This document shows, piece after piece, positions 11,780 to 25,602 of a DNA stretch of 64,000 nucleotides. The stretch lies in NCBI RefSeq assembly GCF_006345805.1, contig NC_043004.1:92008001-92072000 (forward strand). Direction: 5' to 3'. The notes below the pieces were generated by a model. It had not been told where the DNA came from and did not search any database. It was given only the letters and a program-made list of their open reading frames with translations. Source of the DNA: Octopus sinensis (lineage: Eukaryota). The position numbers and the translations under genes are program-made. Within the stretch, counting starts at the first letter, position 1, and every line of letters starts with the position of its first letter.

Positions 11780-14620
11780 AGGATTTCTTTTATTTGCATC
11801 CAGCGCAAAGGATGAGGGGAACAATATAAAGTCAGACATAAAGTGTGGGGGTTTACATGTAATGGAATGATAAAAAATAAAGAAGTATACATTAGAATAT
11901 ACATTAAAAGAACTGAAGTATACATAGTATATAGCAATATATAAAAAAAATGGAGACGTCGGTCCTACTGTATCAGGAGGACTTCTAAAGACGAGCGAGA
12001 AGCCCCACCATCCACGATCACCATGAATACTACGGACAAATGAATTGTCCATCTTCTTTCTTCCGACTCACAGGTGTACACTGAGAGTGGTACCATCCAC
12101 TCATGCCATTTTCGCAACTTTCAATCACCTTTTCATAAATTCGCTCGAGGACAGCACCTCCCTCACCACCCTCACTTTCCTCTTCAAGTGGACCTGGCTC
12201 TCCAGATGTCCAGTCGCAAGCCCACCAACTTCCCGGCATCGATTTTAGTCCCTACAACCAACTCAAATTCTTCTAGAATGGAGCTGACCGTCTCTATTTC
12301 GGAGGCATCCGACACTATGACGATCACGTCGTCAGTGTATGCAGACACTGCTCTTCCGAGTCCAAGTTCGAAAGTGAGGGCTTTCAATTGTTCTAACTTC
12401 CGCAGCAGTGGCTCGAGAGCCAGCACGTACAGAAGAGGTGACATTTACTTTGACCACTTAGCAGGTGCCGCTGTGTATTGCAGTGACCCAGCCTCTGAAA
12501 ACGGGTCCGAATCCGACCGCTTTAAGGAAGGTTTCCAAGTAGCGATGGTCGACCTCATCGAATGATTTTGATTGATCCAGATTGATCAGGGCCCCACCGA
12601 AACCAGCCCTATGATGTATCGCATAAAATGGAGATTGTCGTGGATAGAGCTGTTCGGGATTGTGCATGTTTATGCTTCTCCTACTAGAATACCAACGACA
12701 ATCGCCAACCTTTTTGCTAACACCTTGGCCAAAATCTTAAAGGCTGTGTTTAGCAGAGTTATGGGCCGAACATTCCCAAGCATGTCCCTACTGTCGGCGT
12801 CCTTCTTCAGTAGTGTCACCACACTCCGAATAACAGCATTGGGAATTCTCGCGTTCTGTTGTCAGTTGCGGTAAACGTCTGCCAAGAGGTCGCCAGACAA
12901 TTCTGGTATGAATACATAGAATTCATAGGGCAGACCTCCTAACCCTGGCGATTTTCGACTTGTGCAATCGCTCATCGCCTCTCATTTTTAGTGGCCGTTA
13001 TCGGCTTTTCTCAGAACCTCGTGTCCACTGTCGAGAGCCGCGGCAGGCCATCTAGGTACGGACTAAAGTTCGCTACCGTCGTTGACCCATCACCCCTCCA
13101 AACAGTTGCGCGAAGTGCTGCTGAAAAGTCGCACACATCTGCTCCGAACCATGTAGCACGCGACCGTTCCGATCCGTCAATGACCCGATCGTGGTTTTGT
13201 TGCCACGTAGCGTCTCTACCACTCGATCCCATCGGACAGCTTCCGTTCCTCATGCTTTAGCGCACGGGCCTTAACTCTGACAACGCAACCTTCGCGTTTC
13301 GTCGCAAAGAAATGGTCAAGAGCCATTCTCGTCACTGACACATTAGCTGCGATACCTTTACTAATCGCCTCTAGGGGTTTTTTATGGTGGGTACTTACTA
13401 AACCCTCCAATGTCTTTGGAGAATTTCTGTTTCCAATCAAGATACGTATCCATATCTGTTTGGATTAACATCCTGTCCGGTGGAGTTTTCTGGAGGTGTT
13501 CCGCAAAACCTTCTCCACTAGTTGTAATGTTTTTGTTATTAATTACTTCCTCAATCAATTCAATGTTGCTCTTCTGAACAGCGGTGAAGTTGATGAAAGA
13601 AGCACATACCCGAAAGTGTGACTGTTTTTCGGGTGTTTCTTTTTGTTTTCGTTCTTTTTTCTGGTTGTGAATGTGTTTGTAAAAATGGGTTGTCTTATGA
13701 TGAAGATGTTGATGTTGGTGTTGATTTGTTTTTAAATTGGTGATGTGACGTATTTTGTTTTTTACCGTCATGTTTTAGGACCTTAAATTTGACCCAGCCT
13801 CTGTTTGGTTCATATTCAGTCTTTCTCTTACCTCCGACAAAGGCTTTTTGGTGCGAGGTCAATGAGGACTTTGCTTTTACGAGGCCTGAGTCGGAGAAAG
13901 GAGGCAGATGCAAGGTAATAGTTTTGTCCACACCGTGGGGCAAAAAGCTTTGAGGTGGTTCAAATTCCCACAGACAAAACACTTCTGATTTTTGCCCTCT
14001 ATAGAAGCTGGCAACTGTTCGCAATCCTCCAAACAGAAAAAAATCAGGAATGCGATTTATTTCCTCTGAAGAAACTAGTATCTGGAATTCCATAAGAATT
14101 CCAGCCTTGTTACGTCGTGGGATGGATTTCACCTCCACAATCTCCCCATGCTCCTCCAGAATGGCTAAAACCTTCGCCGGATCACGGTGACCCGGTACGT
14201 TCTTGACTCGAATTCACGTCAATTTTTTACTCATGTAATGGGGAATCATTACAAAAACCTGGGATGTGCAAGTTAATGTAGCCATTCTTCTGGATTCTTG
14301 CTCACTGCTGCATATAACAGCAACTATCCTATATTGTTTGCCTTTCTATATGTGTAGCACTGAGGGCCATATATCATTGAGACATTTTCGGTTTCTGACA
14401 GAGTGATGGTGATGGTGATGGTGATGGTGGTGGTGGTGGTGGCGGCTGTGCTGCTACTGCTAACATTGTGGCTGGTACTTTTACACATGTTACTGCCCTC
14501 GTAGCAACAAGAGGAAATTATTTTTCTCTTTGGCGAGAAATTAATTTCTCCTTCGGCTGCATTTGTTTTCGGAGTTACAACAGAACGCTGCTCTTGGTCG
14601 GTGTTAATTCTGTCTCAGAT
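11780..14620 (-). mobile_element. Tx1/L1-clade retrotransposon with two internal deletions
   Basis: ORF1 remnant IRVKNVPG...KCFVCGNLNHLKAFC (CCHC knuckle, frameshifted). ORF2 remnants: MCATFQQHFAQLFG, PITLLNTAFKILAKVLAKRL, LDQSKSFDEVDH, SPLLYVLALEPLL, AYTDD and C-terminal HLKRKVRVVREVL. 3' UTR ends at AATAAAAGA. Confidence 0.9.
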
Positions 14621-15700
14621 GATTCTAAAGAAGATTTTCCTGTAACAGAAAGCAGAGATCCTGTAACCCTTATACTTATATAGATGCATAATTGTTGCAT
14701 CTTTAAATTGTTGAGCGACAGTTCCTATTTGACACATTTGGACCATAAACTGTCATTTTATCTATAAAACTATTTACACCACATTTAAAACTTCCCCTAG
14801 GAATATCCTCTCCTGGAGCTTTTTCCATTTGTCAACTGTTTTATAGCCACTTCCACTTCATCCAAACATGGATGCAATGCAAGAAAGTCAATCGCCAGTC
14901 TTCGTGGAGTATAATTGATTGAGTTCAGTTCATGTCTACATTTGTATCTCTATTGAGCAGATCTTTAAAATGTTTTGCCCAACGTTTTAAGATATTACGC
15001 TCTGTGAGAAGATTCCTTCATCATTGTTTGACCGTGGTCGAGACAATAGAATTTACCATGCTACGCCAGACTTCACGGTCCATCATGGCATTACGGAGGT
15101 CCAGTTGCTGGATGCCTGTATCCCTGGAGATTACATCAGGGTAGGAGAATGTGCGCCCTCTGGTATTGCGAGTAGATGGCTTCCAGAGGAGAAGAGTAGA
15201 AATTACCTCTTTTTCAGCTCTACAACAATGTCCAGCAAACTGGACTCTCTTACCTTTCACAAGAGATGACATAGGTGGTAGTTTCCCATATATTTGCATT
15301 TTGGTTGGATGGCGCTTCCACGAGAGATTCCTTACTGTAGAAATGACAGAACAACCTTCTTTACTTTGACCAAATAATACACTTCAAATTTTGATAAAGA
15401 CCTTTCATGTCATGTTTCTCATCTGATTCTTGCAGAGATTTAAACTTTAATGCCCACCACTGTTGTATCATTTTTCGGAATATAATTTGAACAGAGATTT
15501 TGGCAGACTTATAAAGCGTTTTTCCTAGCAGAGTTCTTATCTGCAATCCATTCTCTGTGGAATCTGTACATTTCTTGAGGCTGTTCATTTGCAAGCCCAT
15601 CATTTTCATTGAGCCAATCTTGGTTTTTATTGCTTGAAAATCCAAGACCTTCTCTGGATGACTCATAAATAGTATTTCTTAATTGACCATCTGAATCTTC
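14620..15700 (-). mobile_element. RTE/BovB-like LINE ORF fragment, interrupted at 15019-15324
   Basis: RKMIQQWWALKFKSLQESDEKHDMKGLYQNLK, NLLTERNILKRWAKHFKDLLNR, KAPGEDIP, VAQQFKDATIMHLYKYKG. Confidence 0.85.
15019..15324 (-). mobile_element. 5'-truncated RTE-group LINE 3' end with 9-bp TSD
   Basis: ORF 15021-15299: RVQFAGHCCRAEKEVISTLLLWKP...DTG....L..AMMDREVW. TSD AGATTCCTT at 15010-15018 and 15325-15333; short TGATG tail. Confidence 0.85.
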
Positions 15701-15770
15701 TATATTTTCCGTGATTTTAATATTATGTAACTCTCCATCAAGTGTTTGAGCGAGTATATTATATATATAG

Positions 15771-15805
<35 letters not shown>

Positions 15806-17119
15806 CGTGTGTGTGTGTGTGTGCGCGTGTCTGTGTGTGTGTATCTATACAGGAGTCCGTCACACACATATATAATTTATCACCATTATTTTAACGCATT
15901 TTTATAACTGTTATATATATATATGTATGCAAACACATATAAAAAATAACGGTGAAATCTATTTAGTAATAATAATAATAATAATAATAATAAATGATAA
16001 TGATGATGGTGTTAATAAAAAGAAGGGGGAGGGGAGGAGAAATGATACATTTTTTTTTGTTTCTTTCACACTTTCTCTCCTCAAAATCTGCAATGCATTT
16101 GTTAGTTCAACTGTTCAACTGGTTTTTATTTGAAGATATTTGAGAGAAAGGTATATGACAGAGGGAGAGAGAGAGAGAGAGAGACAGAGAGACAGAGAGA
16201 GAGACAGAGACAGTGAGAAAAGAGAGAAAGAGAGAGACAGACAGACATACAGAGACAGAGAGAGAAAAAGAGAGAGAGTAAGTGTTTGTATAAGAGTGGA
16301 GGGGAGAGCGAGAGAAGGAGCTAGGAGTTTATTTTCTCTTCTTTTTCTGCTGCCCCATTAATAGATGTCTAAAGAAATATTCTGTTGTTGGAAGCATTCC
16401 ACTTTTGGAAATAACCTTCCCAACCACCCGTCAAAGGAAAAACAAATTAAAACAGAAAGTACAAAAAAAATATCCGAACATATGGCAAAAAAAAAAAAAA
16501 ATTGAAAGATAAATAAAGTTATTCGAAAAAAATAAAGCTTATTTCAAACATCAACGTGGAATCGCAAATCTGATAACATATAACTAAACGAAGAACTAAA
16601 TGTATTCTAGTAATACATAATATGGAACGCATTTCTATGGATAGAATTGTTATATTTTGTATGGTTCACCCGCCATGATATTTTGGAAACACAGCGATAA
16701 TGTAAGAGTTACATATGAAGTCTTATGCGCACACATATAGGCAGACGGATAAACGCACACAGAGACACAGATATAGACACAAATACATACACACGTACAT
16801 ATATGAATATACTTCTATTCATACAAAAATGTATGTTTGTGTGTGAGTATACAGACATCACCCCCAAATAGATATATGTATACACATACGACATACAACC
16901 ATATAATACATGATATGTGTACATATATATATATATATATATGTGTGTGTATAAACATATAATTATATAAATTTATATAACATATACATGTCATATCTAC
17001 ATAACATCTATATAAAACATATATATATTCGTATGGAACAGATACAAAACGTATATAAACACACACACAAGTTTATATATATATATGTATATATATGCAT
17101 ATATATATGTATGTGTGTA

Positions 17120-17168
<49 letters not shown>

Positions 17169-17289
17169 CATCTCTACATGGATATGTTACTATGCGGGTG
17201 TTTTGTGTAGATGCGTGTGTGTTTGTGAAGTTGTGTGAATCTACACACACATTCTATACATAAGCACAGATACAAATTACTTACAAGTC

Positions 17290-17348
<59 letters not shown>

Positions 17349-17689
17349 TGTTTTATTACATGTATTCATGGCATGAAATTTAGTGCGCGTACGAGTAAAT
17401 AAGTAGATATTTACATTCAAACATGAATATTTTCACATACCCGATATGTATATGCGGTTAGAGAATTTTCTTTTTAAAAACTTTACTATCGGTTTTAAGA
17501 TATTTAGTAAGTAAAAAAAAATGTCTCAGTATTGGACATATATAAATACATTTTTCCTTGCGTCACAATAAATATATAGATATTTCTACAAACTAAGTAA
17601 ACCATTCCACTCTAATCTGATGAAGTTATTACCATTACTTTAAGCTGGCGTTCTAGGTGCCACACAATGTATACGATGTACATACTGAA

Positions 17690-18075
17690 GATGCATATAT
17701 ATGTATGGCAGTTTTTCATGTCTGAAGACCACGAGGAAGTATCACAAACCCTCAGGTGGGTTTGTTATGTAAGCTGATACTTGAGGGATCGACTCTGGAG
17801 CGCTTAGGACAAATACGTAGCCTTCGGTCAGATATGGTGGGGAGGAAACGTGACACTGACTCTTTTCTTCTTTGTGACGTCTTTAATTTTCTGCCGTTGC
17901 TCTGGCTTTCTCAAAATAGCTTACAACGGTCTGGACGCTGTATCACTATATCTTTCTCTATGCTGCGACTCCCTCCCAAACTGCTGGGTCTATCCCTGCC
18001 TGGGTGAACTGATGTTTTAACAGGTCTTTGAAACGCTTCCTGGGGATCCATTTTTTGCAATCCATTTTTTATCTT
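17690..18075 (-). mobile_element. RTE/BovB-like LINE C-terminal remnant
   Basis: The - strand reads RKRFKDLLKHQFTQAGIDPAAWEGVAA*RK...FEKARATAEN*RR, similar to the BovB C-terminus. Confidence 0.65.
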
Positions 18076-20084
18076 GTACTTGTACTTGAAACTACTTTCC
18101 CCGTCGTTAGGCCTGACCACAACAACAAAATAATGACGACAAGAACACCAAAATATTTTACTGCAATGGCAACAGGAACAACAACAGCAGCAGTAGCACT
18201 TCCGCCACCATCATCAGCAAACGCAGTTGCACTGAAACGCATCCAGATCTAACGATGGAGACAATTGCTCGCGCAGCTACTTGTAGCAGTAGTGTCTCCA
18301 CACCCAGAAAACACGTCACAGAAAACACTATGATTATCACCACCGTCCTCACCAGTATAAAGAAAATAATACCATTAGCCGAGGCCACAAGGATGGTACA
18401 GAAGAATTCGTCACTCTAAATGGACATCGGCATTTGATTTTGGCGAAGGGGAAAATTAGGAACGTTGTCAACTCGAGGACAAGGTAGCTGAAATAAGGTT
18501 GTCAGTCAATCGTGGTCATGTGTGTTGCGAATTATCTGGTTTGGGTGTTTGCCCTACGAGCTTTGTGGATACATATCAGGCATGTTCACCTTTCTCTAGA
18601 AGGACGTCTATCGCAACTGTTAGCTGAGTGGGAACATTCCTAGTTGTATCAACCGAAAAATGAGCGGTCACGATTCTGAATAAAAACGCGTTCGTAGACA
18701 ATTTCCATTTAACATATCTGTTGAATGAAACGTTTTAGAAATTTTGTCTAAAGGTGTAAATAGATAATGGCAATTGTTGTCTTTAGTTTTTTCGGGAGAG
18801 TGCAATTTCTAACAATTTCTAACATATTCTATTGATGGGTAATAAACGACAAATTTCTAACGCATTCTATTGATAAGTAATAAACTGACTGCAGTAGAAT
18901 ACAACTTCCTTTATCAACTCCTGAGAGTTGACTATTAGTAATTGGTGACTGTCCTAAGAACAAACAGTTTCGGCTTTCAGGGTCTGGAACACTTCAAGGT
19001 AGAATGGCATCTGCTCAGTGGCCAAAAGCAGCTTTCAAAAATTTCTTGTTTGACGGTGATAACGAGAGGTGGAGCATTACCGGCTTGAGCTAAACGCTAC
19101 AGACATGGCCCTGCAGGCATCACGTTGCCGTCTTAATTCAGCCAGGAAAGGTAAACATTTTCTCTGGTGATTACGAGGATAGAAAATATATAGAGAGCAG
19201 CGAGAGGTTGTATATAGGTAACTGTGAAAGGACTAAATATATACACATTATCCTTAGAATTAAGCCGCATCAAAATTTTCGAGTTTCAGGTGAAGTGGGA
19301 AATGCTGCCTTCTAGTAAATTTGCCGAAAGGTAGGTGAGAGTGTGCAGAATGACTCTAAGACTCTAATGGGTTGGCCTAATAACAACATGCACCTGCCGA
19401 ATAGAAGACACAAGAGGATGTGGAAATTCGCTCTTGTTCGTTAGGGTTATTCGGGTGAGCTAACGCCTAGTAAAGAGCGAATGTATTTTTTTCTAATTTG
19501 TTATTTTTGATGCTTTATGAAAAATAAAGAATGGATTATTATTGCTATGTGTTTATGTTGATCTAGAATGTTTGGATGTCTGGGACAGCTCTAGATTTCG
19601 TTTTCCCTTTCGGAAATTTTCTTCCGTAGCGTTTTTATTATATTCCTTATTTTTGTCATCTTCCCCATTTACACGGTTCCTACGTAAATGCCCAGGCTTT
19701 GTATTGTACCTAATTATCGATATCCTATTGTACTTTCGAGCTCCTACAACCACAAAAAAAAAAAATTTAAACGAGGCTGAATGTAATGAGTTTGGCCCAA
19801 GTGAATCGGCTTACTCTGAGCTTGCGCTTGCAGGCTGGAGAGAACGGATCGGAGAGGAGCGCCTCTTTGTGGTGATCCTAGTGATCGGAGTGATCCAAGA
19901 TTAATGGTGATGGTGGTGGTGGGTTCCTTAGTTGTCCCTGGATGATACATTCCCCCGCTGGAAAATTTTATGGTTACCAATTTTCTTGTTAATTGTTAGT
20001 ATATTATCGTTTACACGAGTATATGCAAATCTCCAGTCTTTTGTCTTTGTATTGTCCTACATTTTTCGGTTCCTGTGGCTAATA

Positions 20085-20349
20085 AAGTTTATTATTATTA
20101 ATATTATTATTATTATCCTTATTATTATTGTTGTTGTTGTTGTTGTTGTTGTTGCTGTTGTTGTTGTTATTATTATTTTCATCATCATCATCATCATCAT
20201 CATTATTATTATTATTATTATTATTATTGTTATTATTTTTATTTTTATTATTATTATCGTTATTATTATTATTATTATTATTATTGTTATTATTATTATT
20301 ATTGTTATTATTATTATTATTATTGTTATTATTATTATTATTATTATTA

Positions 20350-20389
<40 letters not shown>

Positions 20390-20464
20390 CGTTATTATTA
20401 TTATTATTGTTATTATTGTTATTATTATTATTATTATTATTATTGTTATTTTTATTAATTATTA

Positions 20465-20547
<83 letters not shown>

Positions 20548-20600
20548 TTTATTTTTATTATTATTTTGTGATTGTTGCTGTTGTTGTTGTTGTTGTTGCA
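20085..20600. repeat. Compound trinucleotide microsatellite (TAT)n/(TGT)n/(CAT)n
   Basis: Direct reading; source of the poly-I/L/N/Y ORF artefacts. Confidence 0.95.
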
Positions 20601-21757
20601 GTTGTTATCTTTCTCATCATTTATTTTTACTATCCTCAAGACAGCTCTTAACTGTAAAAGCTGCTGCCTCTTTGATTTCATCACAACAAGCATTCTTCTT
20701 GATTCCTTTCACCATATTCAGTTATCTACTTATTTGTATTTATTATTTTATTCACTTTTAGTTATATCTTTTTACTATGGTCGTTCGCGACCACGTGACT
20801 CTCGGCTCTCAAGTGGCGAGTATTAATTTCTTTAAATGGAATCCGATATTAATGTTAGAAGAGAGACGAGAAGACACAAAATAAAAAATAAAAGAACATA
20901 TAAACTAGCAACAACGAAGATGATAAAGTTTTTTTTCTCTCTCTTACGTCACAAGTCACGTGTGTCGTCGTGACAACAAGACTATATTGAGAAAATGTGA
21001 AGCCAGGGAGAGAGAGACAGAAAGGATTAAAATGGATAGAAATGAATGAAGTTAGAATATCAAATTTTAGTCTCAAGAAAGCAGATGACAGAAGGAAGCA
21101 TGAAGTTTAAGGAAGATGGAGAACACAGCAGAAAGAAGAAGGAGAAGAAGAAGAAGAAGAAGAAGAAGAAGAAGAAGAAGAAGAAGAAGAAGAAGAAGAA
21201 GAATGTCCTTTCGTACTTAGAATAAAACATATTAAAAGAAGGTTTACAGAAGAGCTCGTGGGATTTATGGAAATATAGTTATATAAAACGAGGGGGAGAG
21301 GTAAGGATGTTACACAATGGGTAAACATTAGAAATTTGATATTAATAAATGCACATAAGACAATATGCAAATATACATACTTACATACTTGCGCACATAC
21401 ATATATTTACATAGAAATATATGTAAATAGGTACTAATATAAGCCACCCACATACAGGTGAGAGGAGAAGTTATTACCAACACCACAGCGCTCCGACTAC
21501 ATTTCTCGTATTGGCCTGTCGTACAACCAAAAGTGCCCGTATGTATTTTTTTGATCAGCTGACCCATGAATCAGCCCACATCTTTATGGCAGTATTCCTT
21601 CATACGACTGTAGATCGCCGATATGGTATGCGTCAGTATAAGTCTATTCTACAGCGATTCCTGCTACTGGTAACCAATTGAATCGCTGGAGTTAAGTGAC
21701 TCCGTGTTAGCAGGATCCTTCTCCAATGTTCTTTTGGAGAAGTAAATAAAAAAAGGA

Positions 21758-21812
<55 letters not shown>

Positions 21813-21815
<3 letters not shown>

Positions 21816-22118
21816 CGTCACCCTTTTCAAGCCTAGCAAGGCTCATAGGCCCGGTTTCCTGGTTTCTGTGGCGTATGTGTTCCCCCCAGCTGGATGGGAC
21901 GCCAGTCCATCGCAGCGTTACTCATGAAACAGGAAGAGAGAGTGAGAGAAAGTTGTGGCGAAAGAGTACAACAGGGGTCACCACCACCCCCTGTCGGAGC
22001 CTCGTGGAGCTTTTAGGTGTTCTCGCTCAATAAACACATACAACACTCGGTCTGGGAATCGAAACCGCGATCCTCCGACCGCGAGTCCGCTGTTCTAACC
22101 ACTGAGCCATTTCACCTC
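21813..22118 (-). mobile_element. tRNA-derived SINE (type C) inserted in a (TAA)n tract
   Basis: A box TGGCTCAGTGG and B box GGTTTCGATTCC. 3' module CTGCGATGGACTGGCGTCCCATCCAG resembles V-SINE-type sequence. (AAT)n on both sides. Confidence 0.8.
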
Positions 22119-22173
<55 letters not shown>

Positions 22174-23479
22174 GGAAACAGGAGGAGGAGTAAAGTGAGG
22201 AGGGGAAGTGAAGAGGAGGAAGGAGAAAAGGAAGAAAGTGGTGGAGGGGGGAGGATCCTGGTCTTTGAAATTTTCGGATTATTGGGTAGCATCTTAGAAG
22301 CTCGTATTTAAGACGGAATAAACAATAGATATATTGTTATAGTTTATTCATCAGCAAACATAGCATACTTCATTTATCAAAACGAACAGTTTTCAAGAAA
22401 AATTAAGTTAACACTTGAAAAATATATAAACTAACAGTTTTCAATACAAAACAAAAAATCCTGTAATACTTGAAACTGAATAAAAACGAACATTGTAAAG
22501 CAAAAATACAGTTAACAAAATGAAAGCTCAAATTATTTCCTACAAATTGATTATTTATTTTTAGTTTATTAACGAAATAGTTTCACACAAAATACAAAAT
22601 AGACTAGAATGAATAAATAATTACTTCGTTCATTTCCATGAATTCTGTATCATCTGCTGCACTGCTTGTCAATCGAAAATTTGCATTGGTTAATCTTTCC
22701 TAACTAAGCTTAAATTCATTGCATGTCTTTCTTGTTTCCCAGCCAAAGTTTCTGAAGGCAAACACTTTCAGTAAACCCCTGTTTCATATTCGTATTTAGA
22801 TTTGATCGGCTGTTAGATCAAATTTATAATGCAGATGAAATTTATTATCTATTTTCGTTCGCAAATTTTTTTCAAATGTTTCGTCATATTTTCTTGTTAC
22901 CTCGTGTATCAACCGTCTATTTCCTCCAGCTATATCCAACTAACTAATGTAATTACGTGTCTTGAAATTTCTAAGCAATACAGCATCAAATGCGCACTGT
23001 GATTCATTGCTCATTTATTCTTTAAAAAATGCTCTGCTTTGGCAATAAGCATCGTTTCAGGAAATTATCCCAATGCGTCAACATAAGATTATTTATGAAA
23101 AGCTAGTTGTATTTTTCTTTGTGAGAAAACATTAAGTTACCAGTGTTGCCCTTAGCTCTAAATGCCTGAGACATTACGTATCAATGTATGGTAATCAGCA
23201 ATAACACTTCCAAATGCTACATAAGCCTCACAACTAACAACTTCAAGATCCGATACCACCAGTCTCTACACTCTTGTAGCACTATGATAAGGAACATTAC
23301 CATACTATTTAACAAAGTATAGAGACAGAAAGAAAACAGTACAATCAGCAAAGTCCACTGTAAGATCCAGGTTAGAAGAGCTCTATAAAGAGTATTAGTT
23401 CCCATTCCCTGTGCCCCGAGTTCAAATCCCGTAAAAACCATCACTACTTTTCATCCGAAATGTAAGAATGTCAAACCAG

Positions 23480-25160
23480 ATGCCTTGCGGCATTTGTTCT
23501 GGCATTTGTTCCGGAATTTGCGTTCTGAATTCGAATTGTACTCGACCTACTAGGGTGGTAAACTACTCCTATTTCAATATAATAACCCCACTTGGAATCT
23601 TGGCTGTCCTTAAGCGGAATTTACTTTGTTGCAGATATTCAGGCTAGGTCACCAGCTTGAGGATACATTCATTTATTTCTGCCACCATTCACGAAAGCCC
23701 CTGTAGAAACATTATAGACACTACTTCTCACCTTTCTAAAACTTTAAGCATGCATTTAAGCATTGAAATTATCTCATTGCCCCTTATTTAGGGTCTTATG
23801 TAGTCCACTGTGATGCATGCAGCAAAATTCGGGAAAATTTGATTCATAGTACGGTCTTATTATTTCCCATTTCACGTTTGCGGCTATAGTGTTTTCCTTT
23901 AACTACAAGGTATGCTTAAATGAAGGCATATTTCATAAAGAATTCGTGTGTTGTATTTTTAAAGTGTTTCCTCGGAACACTAATGTACTTCTTTTTCGTG
24001 TTTGTTCCTTAGTACTCTGTAGTTTAATGATTGTATGAAGTGTTATATTTTTCATGCAACTGTAGCTGATTTTCATGTAATTCCTGTTGAACATTTGTGG
24101 AATTTATGTTTGGTTGGGAAGTGTTTACTAATACATATTAAGATGGCGTGTTATATTTAATCTTATGTTTAGGCTGAAAGATTGTCTGAACCAACTGATT
24201 TTGCTTTTTCTGATAATTTTTGTTTTATACTGGTTTTGTGGGATTTTGGTTACATTAGAGTTTGTTTTTGAATCTTATGCTTTTTAAGACTTTCATATAG
24301 AATAGTGTGCAATTTGGTTGTATAATTCTTTGGTCATATAATTCTTTTGTATTACGGACTGAAGTTTTGATTATCGATGGCAGATAGTTAGAATGTATAT
24401 CTATATATGAACACAGATCGTTTGGTTTTTTTGTGTTGGTAATATTTTCCTGTGTTTAGATATAATGTTATATCGAAATAATTTACAGACCTTCATTACG
24501 TTCATATCAAATTCATTTAATTCATGTCCATCTATATGTTGTGAGATGGTAAAGTCATAATCTCCTTTTAGATCTAAACTGGATTTCATAGATAATTTAC
24601 TCATTTGTTCAAGAAAGTATAGCACATATTTGCATATCTCAGCTCCGTTAAGGAGTTAATCCTTTTCTTTTTATACTGAAGGTGAGAAATGGAAGAGAAG
24701 GCACTTTCTACATGCACAAATATATTCATTTGTTATTCTTTGATGGTGAATAACCTCCCGTAGAAAACGTGTGTTGTTAATAGTAGGAGTTTTCTGATAG
24801 ATAGATGAATAATCAACGTGATCGAATATTATGAATTTATACTACGTTTTTGTTTTTTATTTGCCGGAAACAGTTATTAGTATATTATTGCTCTAATGTA
24901 TACATACGGATTTTTTTACTTATTTTAAAGCTGATGCTTCCTGGCACTCTTTTGTTCAGTATACCTACTTATCTTTCTTGTTGTTTATTAATCTGTATTT
25001 AGGGTCTACTAAAACGTTAAAGTTGTGATCCTTCAGTGTTAGATACCTTTCTCTTTTACTAGGCATTCATTGTCTTCTATTTGTAATTTTGGTGCAAATT
25101 CTTTTACTTGTCTGTTTATTGTATTGCATATGTTCTGGTTTAACGTTTGTATGTTTTGGT
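23480..25160 (-). mobile_element. Decayed Penelope-like reverse transcriptase
   Basis: The - strand reads YLTLKDHNFNVLVDPKYRLINNKK, FIIFDHVDYSSIY, CACRKCLLFH and LNGAEICK, matching PLE RT motifs (TLKDHK...CRLINP, FDIVDFYPSI, GAEVCE). Many stops and frameshifts. Confidence 0.7.
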
Positions 25161-25166
25161 ATGCAG

Positions 25167-25602
25167 TTTACTCTTTTACCCTTTTACTTGTTTCAGTCAT
25201 TTGACTGTGGCCATGCTGGAGCACCGCTTTTTTGTCGTGCAAATCGACCCCATGACTTATTCCTTGTAAGCGTAGCACTTATTCTATCGGTTCTCTTTTG
25301 CCGAGCCGCTAAGTTACGGGGACGTAAACACACCAGCATCGGTTGTCAAGCGATGTTGGGGGGACAAACACAGACACACAAACAAACACACATACACATA
25401 CATATACATACACACACACACATATATATATATACACACATATATACGACGAGCTTCTTTCCGTTTCCGTCTACCAAATCCACTCACAAGGCATTGGTCG
25501 GCAGGAGGCTATAGTAGAAGACACTTGCCCAAAGTGCCAAGCAGTGGGAAGGAACCCGGAACCATTTGGTTGGTAAGCAAGCTACTCACCACACAGCCAC
25601 TC
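25167..25602 (-). mobile_element. SINE family 1, full length
   Basis: Head, internal microsatellite and (AAAAGAGT)-type tail are all present. Confidence 0.9.

Noticed and set aside
12030-12239. PHD-finger-like string ESCENGMSGWYHSQC...FICP in ORF 12030-12239 (-)
   Set aside because: It is an alternative frame of the Tx1 ORF2 C-terminus (HLKRKVRVVREVL...), which is independently supported by the homologous copy at 48807; the Cys spacing is incomplete.
18250-19905. GC-richer stretch with faint resemblance to the 3' half of Tx1 ORF2
   Set aside because: No motif strong enough to call; needs TBLASTX.
21445-21480. HTGER, resembling a C2H2 zinc-finger linker
   Set aside because: No C-x2-C or H-x3-H pattern on either side.
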